The notes under the pieces were generated by a model. That model saw only the letters and a program-made list of their open reading frames with translations, had not been told where the DNA came from and did not search any database. From Felis catus (lineage: Eukaryota): a DNA stretch of 64,000 nucleotides. Both the position numbers and the translations under genes were made by a program. The stretch covers positions 97,404,001 to 97,468,000 of the forward strand of contig NC_058368.1 in NCBI RefSeq assembly GCF_018350175.1. The letters are read 5' to 3'. Positions 36,056 through 50,090 of the stretch are shown piece by piece (within the stretch, counting starts at the first letter, position 1; each line of letters begins with the position of its first letter).

Positions 36056-37621
36056 GTGAGTGAGGGAGGCTCCCGCGTCGCCCGTGCCCGGTCCGCGCCC
36101 CTGAGTCAGCCGGGAGCGGCCCAGAATCGCGGGGCCGAGGCCAAGAACGCCTGGTCCCCTCCGCACTGGGGTCCCCGGGTCCGCGCCGCTGGGACCGGGC
36201 GGACCTGGCTTTTGAGAGCGAAGGAGGTAGAAACATGTCGGTCATCGAGGTACTGGCTCGGAAGTTAGAATGTTTTGTAGGATTTTTAAAGTTTCTAGGC
36301 TGACGTCCTTAAGACTGGGATGGTTTCCCACAGTCGTTTATCCAGAAATCGTTGTTGTGATGTGTATGAAGGCTTTTCGTTACCCTGCTCTATCGGCTTA
36401 AATTGTCAAATTTAGAAATAGTTGGGATTGGTTTCATTTCTTAGTTAAGGTCAAGTATCTTTGTAGTTGTGTTTTTTTTTTTTTTTTAAGTGGGTGTCTT
36501 AAAACAATTACTGATTGTTTGCTATCAACATCTAGCGCTGAGTAATACAGTGAAAGCGGTGTTTTCATTTACTTCTCTTCAAAATCACCCATAAATAACT
36601 TTGGAAAGAAAAAAATATTTTTTGTAAACAATTCGCTCCTGCCATCCTTTGAATTCCATGTGTAGCAGTTTAGAAATCCTGGGAAAGTGTTATTTATTTT
36701 AGATTGCTCACATCAATTACTTAAAGTTACGTTACAGTTTTTCAATAAAACTCTTCTGTACCTGAAAGTGACTCCTTTTTCATTTGTCTTCGTCAGATGT
36801 TGGAAGGAAGAGGGCCCCAAACTTCAGGCTACTTAGCAGTATAGTGGCATTTTCTGCTTTAACTATAGTTTTTATAATAATTTCAAACTGTAAGTCAGGA
36901 TTGGATATATAAACTTATTTATAATGCTGAGGATATTTGCTACAACTTGTGTTGCTCTCTCTTAGTTGTGATGAAAAGTAAAACTTATTTTTACATTAAC
37001 AGTGAGACAAAGTAAAAAAAAAAGCTTCGCAGATCCCCCAGATTTTCTTCTCCTATGAATTGTTTTGTGGTCTTTGTCAGTCAGAATAAGTATTAGATTA
37101 AATAATAGTCATGATTTCACATGGTACAGGTGTTCCATCCCTAAATTGTGCTTTTAGATCTGCGGCAACTAAGTATTTTGCTCTTGGACAGTTTGTACCT
37201 CCACTCTGGAGATACTAGTACACACCTTAGCTTGCATTTGACAGTAGCAGCTTTTGGAGATTCTAATTCTAAATGGTAATCTAGCCTGAATATTTAGGAG
37301 GAGATTGAATTCTGAGGGTCTCACTGAACTGAAAGTTGTAGACTTTCTGCAGCTGGACACTGCTCTCTGCTCTTGCTATTTAGATGGAGGAAATAAACAG
37401 CGCCCTAAGGAGGTTTTCCTAGTGGAAGATTACAGGATGGTAACATCTCCTAGTTACATGAGTGCTTTATCCAATGCAAATTCTAGCAACTTTCTCTAAG
37501 AAGGCTTTCAGAATCTGTAAGCCATAGTGTGAACTTCAAAACACATGCAATAGACTGACCTATTATACACCTAGAATATCCTTTTAAGTGTATATAAAAC
37601 CGTGGTGGATGCCTCCCTGTT

Positions 37622-37858
37622 ATTTTATTTTTATTATTATTACTATTTTCTAATGTTTATTTATTTTTAAGAGGTGGAGAGACAGAGTCTGAGTGGGGAA
37701 GGGGCAGAGAGAGAGAGAGGGAGACACAGAATCTGAAGCAGGCTCCAGACTCTGAGCTGTCGGCACAGAGCCCGACTTGGGGCTCAAACCCACCAGCCGT
37801 GAGATCATGAACTGAGCCGAAGTCGGACGCTTAACCGACTGAGCCACCCAGGCACCCC
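37622..37858 (-). mobile_element. Can-SINE (DMXL1 intron 1)
   Basis: Reverse SINE. Confidence 0.9.
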
Positions 37859-37976
37859 ACGTCCATGTTATTTTCAAGAAGAGGTGAGGTAATGTGCCAG
37901 AGACTATATATGGTTATTCTATACCATCATGTAGCTTGTTGCTCAGTTCTGCGACCTTATTTTAATATCTATTTCC

Positions 37977-38420
37977 GGGGTGCCTGGGTGGCTCAGTTGG
38001 TTGGGTGTCTGAGTTCAGCTCAAGTCATGGATTTGAGCCACAAGTGGGGGTCTGCCCTGACAGCGAGGAGCCTGCTTCAGATTCTGTCTCCCTCTCTCTC
38101 TCTCTCTCTCTGCCTCTCCCCTGTTCATGCTCATATGATCTCTCAAAAATAAATAAACATTAAAAAAAGTTGGGGGCACCTGGGTGGCTGGCTCAGTTGG
38201 TTAAGCATCCAACTCTTGATCTCAGCCCAGGTCATGATCTCCCGTTTGTGAGTTCGAACCCTGCATCAGGCTCTATGCTGTTAGCATGCAGCCTGTTTGG
38301 AATTCTGTCTCCCCTCTCTGTCTCTACCCTACTCATGCTTGCTTGTGCACGCACTCTCTCTCTCCCTCTCAAAATAAATAAGTAAACTTAAATTTTTTTT
38401 AATTAAAAAAAATTAAAAAT
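37977..38420 (+). mobile_element. Two tandem Can-SINEs (37977-38168, 38172-38420)
   Basis: Outer TSD TTTAA(T/A)ATCTATTTCC; second sits in the tail of the first. Confidence 0.88.
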
Positions 38421-39712
38421 CTTTAAAATCTATTTCCATAAACTAGACTTTAATCATCTCCTACTAAGCATACTGCTGCTTTCTCCCAGATCTAAGGAAG
38501 GATTCTAGTGAATTAGATAAAAATAAATTTTTGTCTGTTTAGTATAAAGAGATCCCAATTCTCTGTAATTTGGGTGGTAGTTTAAGGATTAACAGTCATC
38601 TCCCTTTGTACCCAATCCATCCCTGACTCTTCAACATTAAGTTGGTAGTTGTGTTATAAACCAAGTTTCGGGCCTTCAGTTTCCTTGACACCCTATACAT
38701 CTTAAATTTATGTCTCTTCAAGTTGTTCTTTACGTTAAAAAGCAAAATCTATGGTTTACTCCTTGAATTCTGTTTTTAACATTTTCCAATTTGTACTTGA
38801 TAGGAAGGTAACAGACCTTAATGGTAGATGGTATATATAGACTAAAAAAAAATCTCTAAATTTCAGTATTGCTAGAGGGAGGGACATGAGATCTTCCTGT
38901 TGCAGGCCCCCTTGAAGAATGGTTTTATTCCTCCTGGTACTTTATGCCTTTTGTGAAGACATCCTGTGTTTGTAATTCCTCCCTTTGCATGTTTGCAGAT
39001 AACTAACTGTTCTTGTTTTGAAAGATTACAAGAAATGAAATCCTGTTTTCCAAATCAAGTCTGACAGGTTTCAAATTGAAATGAAATTGAATGCCTGCCC
39101 TCATGAATTCTAGATTTTAAAATATGCCCTTAGTAATACAATTTGTCTAAGTATTAGATACACTTTTACTACTTAAACTGGCATCAAATATTTTGACTTC
39201 CCTCTTAGTATGAGAACTTCTGGAAGGCAGTGACCACGTCTGTCTTGCTGTCAAAGCACTTTATTTGTACTTTCATTATATCATTAACCAGTATTGCTTT
39301 GTGTGTGTCTCCCATGGTTTCCTTATAACCATCTAGAACAGTGATTAAAATAGTGGTGACTCCTATTAGTAGAGTCATTACTTGGATTTGATTTCCAGCC
39401 TAGTTCCTTACAGCTCTTTGTATATCCATGAGCAAGTTCTTTTATACTCTCTAAATTCCTTTTTTTCTCATCTGTAAAATAGAGCTAAAGTGTTACCTAT
39501 TCATAGTGTACTATGTTCAGTGTTTATGTAAAACCCTCAAAAATGACAGTTATTATAAAATTCAAGTCATGCTTATTCTAATGCTTGGCACATAAATACT
39601 GGTTGAATTGATGAATAAGACATACAGAAGACATTGGGATATAATTAAAATGCTGTATTTTAAAATAGCTTTAATAATTTATATTTGAGTCCAAATAAAA
39701 TATTTCTATTAA

Positions 39713-39932
39713 GGGGCGCCTGGGTGGCGCAGTCGGTTAAGCGTCCGACTTCAGGCAGGTCACGATCTCGCGGTCCGTGAGTTCGAGCCCCGCGTCGGGC
39801 TCTGGGCTGATGGCTCAGAGCCTGGAGCCTGTTTCCGATTCTGTGTCTCCCTCTCTCTCTGCCCCTCCCCCGTTCATGCTCTGTCTCTCTCTGTCCCAAA
39901 AATAAATAAACGTTGAAAAAAAAAATTAGAAA
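39713..39932 (+). mobile_element. Young feline Can-SINE
   Basis: Near-consensus; TSD AAAATATTTCTATTAA. Confidence 0.95.
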
Positions 39933-39957
39933 AAAATATTTCTATTAAAGTTCCTTT

Positions 39958-40152
39958 AGGGACATTTTGGTGGCTCAGTCGTTAAGGGTTCAACTCTTGA
40001 TTTGGGCTCAGGTCATGATCTCACTGTGGTGAGGTTTACTTTGGGCTCTGTGCTGACCGTGCTTAGCCTGCTTGGGATCCTCCCTCTCTTAATGCTCCTC
40101 CCTGACTTGTGCACAGGCTTTCTCTCTCAAAATAAATGAATAAACTTAAAAA
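39958..40152 (+). mobile_element. Older Can-SINE
   Basis: Diverged head, tail. Confidence 0.8.
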
Positions 40153-41467
40153 AGTTTCTTGAAATTTTTCTCAGTTATTTGTTACGTGTTTTACCCTCAA
40201 TATCAGGTGAACAACGGGGAAAAATTTCCTGTACACTAAGCAAAAATTCTTTATTTTTTCTTTATTTGACTGAATTCTTCCATTACTCTTTTTTTCCTTG
40301 TTAATTTCCTACTGCTTTTAGAGTGAAAATATGTGAGCAACCTGGTCCTGATCTGTTGAAAACTTTTGTTTTTAGAATAAAAACTATTTTGTTTATAAAG
40401 GACAAATGATAAGTTAAAAAGAGTCACAGTTAATTGGAATCTAGATTTTCTAGTATTTCTGTGAATACTGATGACATATATGCTTTAATATACAATAGAT
40501 TGTTTTTTTCTTTTCATAGCTTATCTATAGTTAGTGTTGAAACTGTGTTTCAAGTGAAATGGAAAGGGAGGTAATTTATAAGGGACAGATTGTGTTAATA
40601 TTTAGGACTTCCTGTCTCTAGTTTGAAATTTAAACATCTTTGCTTTAGAAGAGAAAGCAAACATGTTAGAGCTCCAGGCTCTCTTTTGTGTTAGACAACC
40701 CAGTGTTCACAGCTAAGGGGACCCAGATTAGAAGTCAAAAGACTGACTGCAGCTCTCTGGGTGTTGGTAGAGAAATGGAGGCTGAATTAGCATTCTCCTG
40801 CCAACACTTTCTGTCATAGTAAGCATCCTTTAGCTTTTTGTTTTGTTCTTCTAGGGAAATCTTTATAGGTGGGAGGATAGAAAGGGGTTTTTTGTTTGTT
40901 TTTGGAAGGGGCTTGTGGGTCTTTGTAAGTGGAGAGAATACGAGAGGAAAACTTGATATTATTCATATCTGGAAAAAGATTTTTGTGGTTCTCATATGCC
41001 ATCATGTGGAACTAAATTGGACTTCTTTTTAAAAACTGGCCCTCTTTAAATATTATATTTTAAATAGTATTAATGCTGTTAAGATATTGAAGCAGTACTA
41101 ATTTTTAACATACGGTTAAAAATGAGAAAAAATGTTAATTACAACAAACCAAACTCAAGTCATTTAACCAGGAAATATACCAGAAAGAAATTCTTTGGAA
41201 TATATACCTGGCATGGTTGGTTAAAATGAATCAGTGAAAACAAAAAATCAAATTGTTTTCCAAATTCAGATACTGGCTGTTACAGTCTTGGATAATTTTC
41301 GAATTTAGAATATTTGAGAAGGTTCTCTGCCAAAATTTAAAGTTAAAAATGATGATTCTATGCTTGATGGCACATATATGAACTCAGTTCTTCCTGTGCA
41401 TCTTGTTTAAAGTTAGTAAACCTATTATTTATGTATTATCGAAAAGAATTTTCATTTGTTAATTAAA

Positions 41468-41679
41468 ATTTTTTTTTCAATGTTTATTTATTTTTGGGAC
41501 AGAGAGAGACAGAGCATGAACGGGGGAGGGGCAGAGAGAGAGGGAGACACAGAATCGGAAACAGGCTCCAGGCTCTGAGCCATCAGCCCAGAGCCCGACG
41601 CGGGGCTCGAACTCAAGGACCGCGAGATCGTGACCTGGCTGAAGTCGGACGCTTAACCGACTGCGCCACCCAGGCGCCC
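41468..41679 (-). mobile_element. Young feline Can-SINE
   Basis: Near-consensus; TSD TCATTTGTTAATT. Confidence 0.95.
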
Positions 41680-42254
41680 CTCATTTGTTAATTTAATTAT
41701 CATTGGATAGTAATAGATTTTTCTGATTACAGATCTCTTGATAGAAGCAGCTCATGTATCAGTTGTAATATATGCATATTAATTTTGAAGACCAAATTGT
41801 ATTACAGTTTAGTTGATAAATCAGTGCTGTTCTTATTGTTTTGATAACCTTACACAATATAGTCAGGGCACCTTCAAATGGGTTTTGAGAATAATTTATT
41901 TTAGCCAAATCTTTCAAACTACTTCTAAATTTTTGTTTAGGAATACTATGTATTGTATTACTACTTTGGTTTTTATTTAAACCAGGTTGATTGATTATTT
42001 TAAGAATTTAGTGGTACGTGCTTAGCCCACTTTAAACCTGCTTTCCCTGATTTTGGTGGGGGAGGGAGCCTGGTGTAATTCCATGCTTATTACCTCACCA
42101 TGTTGTATATACTCTAGAGATTGAATTAATTTTATTTTTTAAATTTTTATTCAAATTCATTTGAATAGTCCATTAGAACTATCCATAAGAAGATATGTCT
42201 ATTCTAAGTGATTTTTGGATGATACCTTGTTTGGGTTACCTGTACATATTCATC

Positions 42255-45180
42255 TCTTTTTTTCCCCAGCTTTATTGGGATATAATTGACATACATCATC
42301 ATGTAAGTTTAAGGTATACAGTGTGATGATTTGATACAAGTATATATCGTGAAATGTTTATCACAGTAACGCTAGTTAATATGTCCCTTACATAATGACC
42401 ATTTTGTTGTTGTTACGGTGAGAACATTAAAGCTTTATTCTCACAGCAACTTTCAAGGACATAATACTATATTGTTAACTCTAGTCACCATGCTGTACAT
42501 TAGATCCCTGGAACTTATTTATCTAACAGCTGAAAGTTGGTACCCTTTGACCAGCATCTCCCATCTCCCTCAACCCTCAGACCCTGGCAACCACCTTTCT
42601 AGTCTCTGTTTTTATTAGTATAATGTTTTTAGATTCCGTGTATGGAATACATGTATATCACATTTGTCTTTCTCTGTTTGATTTATTTCACTTAATATTA
42701 TGCTGTCAAGGTTGTCACAAATGTCAGGATTTTCTTTTATTTTAATGGCTGAACACTATTCCATTGTGTATATATATCATATACACATTTTCTCTAACCA
42801 TTCATCCATGTTGGACACTTAGGTTGTTGCCACATCTTGGCTATTGTGAATAATGCTGCAGTAAATATGGGAGTGTAGGTATTTCATTGAGATAGTCATT
42901 TCATCATCTTTGGATATATACCCAGAAGTTACTTTGCTAAGTCACATGGTACTTCTATTTTTAACTTTTTTAGGAAACTTCATACTGTTTTCCATAGTGT
43001 CTATATTAGTTTACATTCCCAACAAGAGTGCACAAGAATTTTCTTTGGTCTGCATCTTCACCAACACTTGGTGTCTCTTGTCTTTTTGATGATAGCCGTT
43101 CTAATAGGTGTGAAGCACTATCTCATTGTGGTTTTGCTGTATATTTTCCTCATGATTAGTGATGAAAAACTTTTTTTCATGTACCTATTAGCCACTTCAA
43201 TGTCTTTTTTTGAAAAATGTCTATTCAAGTTTTCTACCCAGTTTTTAATCAGACTGTTTTCTTACTGATTTATATGAGTTCTTTATATGTTTTGGATATT
43301 AACTCCTTATCAGAGATGGTTTGCAAAATTTTCTCCCATTCTGTAGGTTGCTTTTTCATTTTGTGAACGGTTTCTTTTGCTGTGCAGAAGCTTTTTAGTT
43401 TGATGTAGTCCCCCCCCCCCCCACCTTATTTATTATTTCTTTTGCTGCTTGTGCTGTTGGTGTCATATCAAAAAAGTCATCACTAAGACCAATGTCAAGG
43501 AGTTTTTCCTCTATGTTTTCCTTTAGGAATTTTATGGTTTCAGGTCTTACATTCAAGTCTGTGATCCATTTTGAGTTGATTTTTGTGTATAAGGTTACAG
43601 TTTTATTCTTTTGCATGTGCATGTGCAGTTTCTCATTACCATTTTTTGAAAAGACTATTTCCATTATGCATTCTTGGTGCCTTTGTTGAAGATTAGTTGG
43701 CTAATTAGTTGGCCTTTTGTCTATGTGCCTGTCTTTATGCCAGCATCATACTGTTTTGATTACTATAGCTTTGTAATATAGTCTGAAATCAGGAAGTGTG
43801 ATGGCTCGGGCTTAGTTCTTGCTCAAGATTGCTTTGGCTATTTGGGGTATTTTGTGGCTTCATATGAATTTTGGGATTTTTTTTTTTCCTGTGAACAATG
43901 CCGTTGGTATTTTGATAGGGATTGCACTGAATCTGTAGATTGCTTTGAGTACTATGGACATTTTAACAATAGTCTTCCATTCTAAGCACACAAAATATTT
44001 TTCCTTTTTTGTGTGTGTCATCTTCAGTTTCTTTAATCAGTGTTTTACAGTTTTCAGTGTATCTTTCACCTTTTTAAAATTTATTGTTAAGTATTTTACT
44101 CTTTTTGATGCTATTGTCAGTTTTCTTAATTTCCTTTTTAAATAGGTCATTGTTAATATATAGAAACACAACTGATTTTTTGTGTATTGATTTTGTATCC
44201 TACAGCTTTGCTGAATTCATTTACTACTTCTAATGTTGTTTTTTTCTTTTGGTAGTGCCTTTAGAAATTTCAATATATGATATCTTGTTAAGTATAAACA
44301 GAGTCATTTTGATGTGTTTCTTCCTGATTTGGATGCTTTTTATTGTTTTTTTTCACACCTAATTGCTCTGGCAAGGACTTTTAGTACTGTTTTTAATGTG
44401 AGTGGTGAGAGTAGGCATCCTTGCCTTTTTCCTAATCTTAGAGAATTATAAAAAAGCTTGCCTCAGCTTGTCACCATTGAATGTGGTGTTTATATTGTAG
44501 GCTTGTCATGTATGGCCTTTATTGAACTGTCCTTGAATCCCACTTGATTATGGTATATAATCTTTTTAATGTGCTGTTAAAATTGGTTTGCAAGTATTTT
44601 GTTTAGGATTTTTACATTTGTGTTAATCAATTATATTGGTGTGTAATTTTCCTGTAGTGCCCTTGTCTAGACTTTTTTCCCACGCTTTTGTTTATTTTGT
44701 TTATTTTTATTTATTTATTTATTTTGTTTATTTATTTATTATTTATTTATTTTGTTTATTTATTTATTTTGTTTGTTTATTTTGTTTATTTTGAGACAGA
44801 GTGAGTGTGTGCCTTTGAGCTGGGGAGGAACAGTGAGAGAGGGAGACATAGAATCCCAAGCAGGCATTATGCTGTCAGTGCAAAGCCCATTGTGGGGCTT
44901 GAAATCACAAACCATGAGATCATCACCTGATCCCAAACCAAGAGAGAGATGCTTAACTGACTGAGCCACCCAGGCTTCCCACCTTGTCTAGAGTTCTAAC
45001 GGCAGAATGCTGGCCCTACACAATGAGTTTGTAAATGTTTAGTTTTTTGGAAGAGCTTGACAAGGATTGGCATTAATTGTCAAGTGTTTGGTAGAATTCA
45101 CTAGTGAAGTAATCTGATCCTGGACTTTTAGTTGTTGGAAGGTTTTCATAATTGATTCAATTGGTGTATAATGTTTTCTC
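42255..45180 (-). mobile_element. LINE-1 (3' UTR and ORF2 part), antisense to DMXL1, with SINE at about 44690-44980
   Basis: ORF2-like [35 protein letters not shown]; typical L1 3' UTR at 42255-42800. Confidence 0.9.
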
Positions 45181-45192
45181 AGTTTTAATTTC

Positions 45193-45420
45193 TTTTTTAT
45201 TTTTTTAATTTTTTTTTCAACATTTATTTATTTTTGGGACAGAGAGAGACAGAGCATGAACGGGAGAGGGGCAGAGAGAGAGGGAGACACAGAATCAGAA
45301 ACAGGCTCCAGGCTCCGAGCCATCAGCCCAGAGCCTGACGCGGGGCTCGAACTCACGGGCCGTGAGATCGTGACCTGGCTGAAGTCGGACGCTTAACCGA
45401 CTGCGCCACCCAGGCGCCCC
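45193..45420 (-). mobile_element. Young feline Can-SINE
   Basis: TSD TCTCAGTTTTAATTTCT. Confidence 0.94.
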
Positions 45421-45518
45421 TCTCAGTTTTAATTTCTAAAAGAGAAAGTATTGATAGTGATAATGTACAAACTAAAGCCCTTGAGGAGAGAAAAGGGAGG
45501 ATGGTTAACGTCAATATT

Positions 45519-45725
45519 TTCTTTTTTTTTTTAATGTTTATTTTTGAGAGAGACAGAGCCTGAGCGGGGAGGGGCAGAGAGAGAGGGAGACACAGAAACC
45601 GAAGCAGGCTCCAGGCTCTGAGCTGTCAGCACAGAGCTGGACACAGGGCTTGAACTCATGAACGACGACACCATGACCTGAGCTGAAGTTGGATGCTTAA
45701 CCAGCTGAGCCACCCAGGTGCCCCT
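45519..45725 (-). mobile_element. Can-SINE
   Basis: TSD TCA(A/G)TATTTTCTT. Confidence 0.9.
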
Positions 45726-46006
45726 CAGTATTTTCTTAAGAGGTCAAAGAATTCCTGAGACCAGGGAGTTTGAGAACAATTGCTTTCTAGTATTCCATTA
45801 TATGATTATACTACAGTTTATTTATATGTTCTGTTGTTGATGGATGCTTGAGTTGGTTCTACCTCAGAGTGTTTATGAATAGCTTTGAATGTTCTTATTC
45901 ATGTATTTTAGTGTAATATGGACACTTTCTATTGCGTATAAACTTAGGAGTAGAATTGCTGGATTATTGATTAGGCATGTGTTTAGTTTTCCAAAGTAGT
46001 TGTACC

Positions 46007-46200
46007 ATTTTTTTTATTTTTTAAAAATGTTTATTTATTTATTTTGAGCACCAGGGAAGGGCAAGAGAGAGGGAGAGAGAAAATCCCAAGCAGGGTCTGC
46101 ACTGATGGCACAGGAGGTCAGTCTCGACCCGTGAGATCATGACCTCAGCCGAAATCAAGAATTGGACACTCGACCCACTGACTGAGCCATGAAAGCATCT
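46007..46200 (-). mobile_element. Can-SINE (diverged)
   Basis: TSD AGTTGTACCATTTT. Confidence 0.82.
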
Positions 46201-46699
46201 TGAGTTGTACCATTTTAATTTATATTCGTATCAACAGTTATGGGAGTGCTGGTTGCTTCACAATCCAAATAAGACGTTTTTAATTATGGGAAGAAATTAG
46301 AGAAAAATTATTAAATTCAATGCCATTGTTTGTTTATAAGACATCGTGTGGCAGCCTAACACAGCAGGTAAGAGCATGTCCTTTCCCAGTAGTTGTAACT
46401 TGGTTTCAGTCTCAGTTGTGCCTCCTACTGGCTCTAACACTCAAGGCAATTACTCAGTCTGTCTAAGCTTGAATTTGCTTATGAGTAAAATGGGGTGATT
46501 ATAGTGAGTACTTCACAGTATTTGTTGTAGGGATTAAATCTGTTGACAGTGAAAACCACTTGAATTGGCCTTGCAGTATAGTGCCAGAGAAAAAAATAGG
46601 CCCAAAACACTATAGAAAGTGAAAAAATAAAAGAAAGCACAAAAAAGTCACAGCATTTTTTGTTTTAAATTTTTGAAAATAATTAAGTTTTAGATGTTT

Positions 46700-48082
46700 T
46701 CATCACTACATGGAAAGTAACTATTTAGAAATAACTTCATACCTAGAAAAAGTAATGAAATAAAAATAATACAAGGAGCACCCATATTCTCTTTACTTAG
46801 ATTTGACTATTGGTAGTATTTGATTCCCATTTTCTTTATCATTTGTGCTCCTTGGATATGTGTATTCCTACATAATTTTTTGTCCTGAACCCTTTGAAAT
46901 AAGTTACATATGTCATAATTTTTTACAATCAAATACTTTAGTTTGATTTCATGGTAAGACGAGTATTCTGTTATATAATAACAGTAATCTATTTCATAAA
47001 TGTATATTGATAAACTTTTAGCTAATGTATTAGCTGTATTCCAGTTCTGTTAGTTGATATGACAGTGTTCTATACAGGATTTATCTTTTCTAGTACAAGA
47101 TTCGGACCATGGGATTACATTTAATTACCATGTCTCTTTAGCATCATTTCTTTTTTTTTTAATTCATTTTGACATTGACATTTGAAGAGTAGAGTACGTT
47201 CTTCCCACTTTTAAAAAACAAACCTTTACTCATTTTGCATTTTCTGATGTTTCTTCTTGATTATAGTGAGGTTATGCATTCTTGGCCAAAATTCTGCATA
47301 GATGATGTTGTGTTCTTCTCTAGGTGTATGTGATATCTATCATTAGTGATGTTAATTTTGATGACTCTTGAAGGTGTTGCCCAGTTTCTCCCCCATACAA
47401 CAAATTTCTTTTTTTTTTTTTCCTTCCTCTTGCACCTAATAAGCAATGTGTGAGAGAGTTTTAAGACCGTGCAAATATCCTAGGTTGAGTCCCTATTCCT
47501 AGGTTGAATATCCGCTGATGATGATTCTTGCCTGGTCCTTTTTTTTTTTTTTTTTTTAAAGCACCTTCTTTCTGGTGTAAGAGGGTATTCTTTGCCCTCA
47601 TTGTAGCTACCCTGCCCCAGTGATGTAATTAGCTATTTCTTCAAGGAGCCCTGGTTTCTTTTAGTAGAGAATGCTATTAGAGACCAAGATCAAGGTGCTA
47701 GGTGATCTCATTGCTACTGGGATGTTTATGCTTCTTGTCCTTTTCAGTGGACAGTACCAGCACATGATACAAATGTATATGCATATGGCATGCACATACA
47801 TACACATGTACAAATATATTTACATATGTGCAGGGAAATATGTATATTTTGGAAAGCATAATTTTTATACCAATATTTCCAATTCCAGTACAACCTTACT
47901 TGACTCTGTTGCATCTTTCCTTATTTTATATCTTTGTTCTTCCTTATATCATGAGATCCTCGGCTAATTTGCTCAGTTCTGTAATACATTTAAAGTAGTT
48001 TCAGAATTGCATTGTCCGTACCACTACAGTTACAAAACAACCTACAAAAAGCATTCAAGATTTGTTCATACTTCTCCCCACC
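46700..48082 (-). mobile_element. Ancient L1M-type 3' region remnant (probably resumes at 49400-49860)
   Basis: Degenerate L1 3' UTR-like motifs (TCTTCAAGGAGCCCTGGTTTCTTTTAGT..TTAGAGACCAAGATC). Confidence 0.55.
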
Positions 48083-48087
48083 CTGCC

Positions 48088-49395
48088 TGTGAGATAATAG
48101 AAGATAACATATATTGGTCTGTCTCCCTTGTTTCTGGCACAGAGCTCCTGAAACTCTTCTAAATTCCTAAGTGATAAAAACATTATGAGCATCACTTGTT
48201 CTAATATTTGTGTTTTTTTTAACAGTTTTTTAATATTTTTTTAATGTGTATTTAATTTTGAGAGAGATTGTGTGTCCAGGTGCTGCGTGCTGCATGGGGT
48301 TGGGGAGTGAGGGGGAGGGGAGAGAGAGAATCCCAAGCAGGCTCCTCCATGTCAGCACAGAGCCTGACACAGGGCTTGATCTCATGAACCGTAAGATCAT
48401 GACCTGAGCTGAAATCAAGAGTTGGATGCTTCAGGAACTGAGCCACCCAACATGCCCAATTTTTTTTTTAAGTAGTCTCTTTACCCAATGTGGGGTTCAA
48501 ACTTACAATTCTGAGATCAAGAGTCACATGCTCTATTGACTGAGCCAGGCAGGCACCCCCTAATACTTACTTGGTTCTTTACGCTGGGACTTACCACAGC
48601 TCCTGAAACCCTTATAAATTCCTAAGTTATAAGGGAACCAGGAGCATCTTTTGTTGTAATGAGGCAACTCTAGGTAGGGTCCCGGATGGCTTCTGGGATG
48701 GTCAGCAGAAAGATTAAGCCAGATTTAGAAGCTTGTAATTTTCAGCCCCACCTTCTATTCTCCAGAGACTAGAGAGGGATTAGAAATGGAGTTAATAATT
48801 GACATGCCTGTGCAAGGAATCTTCTGTGAAATCCCAACAGTATGGCACTCGGGGAGCTTCCCGGTTGGTGAAGATATCCATGTACCAGGAGGGTGATGCT
48901 CCCCTAGCTCCATGGGGACAGAAGCTCCTGTACTTGGAACCTCCTCCCAGATCCTGCTGTATACATTTCTTTATCTAAGTTGTTCTTCTGTATCCCTTAA
49001 CATATCTTTTAATAAATTGGTAAATGTAAGTAAGTATTGCCCTAAGTTTTGTTTTAGCACATATCAAATCCAAGGGGAAGGAGGTCATGGGAACTTCTGA
49101 TATGTAACCAAATTGGACAGAAGTTATGGGTAACCTGGGGACCCACCACTTGAGATTAGCTTGTGAAGTATAGGACAGTCTCAGTTAAGACTGAGCCCTT
49201 AACCTATGGGATCAGACACTATCCCCAGGTACGTAGTGTCAGAATTGAGTTAAATTGTCAGAGACCCAGTTTATGTCACAGAATTATTTCTTGTGGTTAA
49301 AAGACCCCACATCTGTTGTCAAAAGTGTTGAGAATGTGGTAGTTGTGTGTGAGTAAAGGAGAAACACAGGAGGTGGTCTAGTGTTTTCCTTTTCA
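48088..49395 (+). mobile_element. MER21-like solo LTR containing two antisense SINEs (about 48211-48457, 48459-48560)
   Basis: TG..CA termini, CTG(C/T)C 5-bp TSD, CTGGCACAGAGCTCCTGAAAC motif, AATAAA at about 49011. Confidence 0.78.
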
Positions 49396-49867
49396 CTGTC
49401 CAAGACTGATAATACACAATCATACTCTGTGTTCATAAGTTACTCAGGTCCTTTGTGCCTTCTTTATTTGAAATGCAGTTAATTCCTTTGTTTCACTACC
49501 TGTCCCCTACTCTGATTGATTTAAGTTTTGAATATGTATTATGTTAACATGCTTTCAAAAGTCATTTTTTCCTGTATCTCTTCCACTTCATCCTCACCAC
49601 CTTTGTTGGTAATCAGCTTTATTACTGTCTAGTTTTATCCATCCTGTGTTTCTTACTGTAATAAGCAGATCCATGTGTGTTTTCTTATTTTCCTTGTTCC
49701 TTGCCCGAATAACACATCGTACTTTGCTTTTTTTCACTTAAAAATGTCCCCAAGAAATCACTGCATTTCAGTTCATAGATAGCTTCCTTATTATTTTTAC
49801 AGCTGTATTATACTCCATTGTGGGTATGTGCAATATTTATTTAACTAGTCTCCTATGCACAGCAGAC

Positions 49868-50090
49868 TTTTTTTTTTTTTTAATTTTTTTTTTCAACTTT
49901 TATTTATTTTTGGGACAGAGAGAGACAGAGCATGAACGGGGGAGGGGCAGAGAGAGAAGGAGACACAGAATCGGAAACAGGGCTCTGAGCCATCAGCCCA
50001 GAGCCTGACGTGGGGCTCGAACCCACGGACCGCAAGATCGTGACCTGGCTGAAGTCGGACGCTTAACCGACTGCGCCACCCAGGCGCCCC
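49868..50090 (-). mobile_element. Young feline Can-SINE
   Basis: TSD ACAGCAGACTTTTT. Confidence 0.94.

Larger units (their letters stand above)
34900..36250. promoter_or_regulatory. DMXL1: CpG island / DMXL1 promoter and 5' UTR
   Basis: Sharp rise in GC and CpG density against an AT-rich, CpG-depleted background; surrounds exon 1. Confidence 0.92.

Noticed and set aside
35330..36245. Several long overlapping ORFs on both strands (e.g. 35702-36166 minus, 35731-36063 plus)
   Set aside because: Expected stop-codon scarcity in a GC-rich CpG island; low-complexity Arg/Gly/Pro/Ala peptides, mostly non-ATG starts.
35969..36268. 99-aa ORF as a single-exon gene
   Set aside because: Only the first 29 codons match DMXL1; the rest is read-through past the GTGAGT donor into intron 1.
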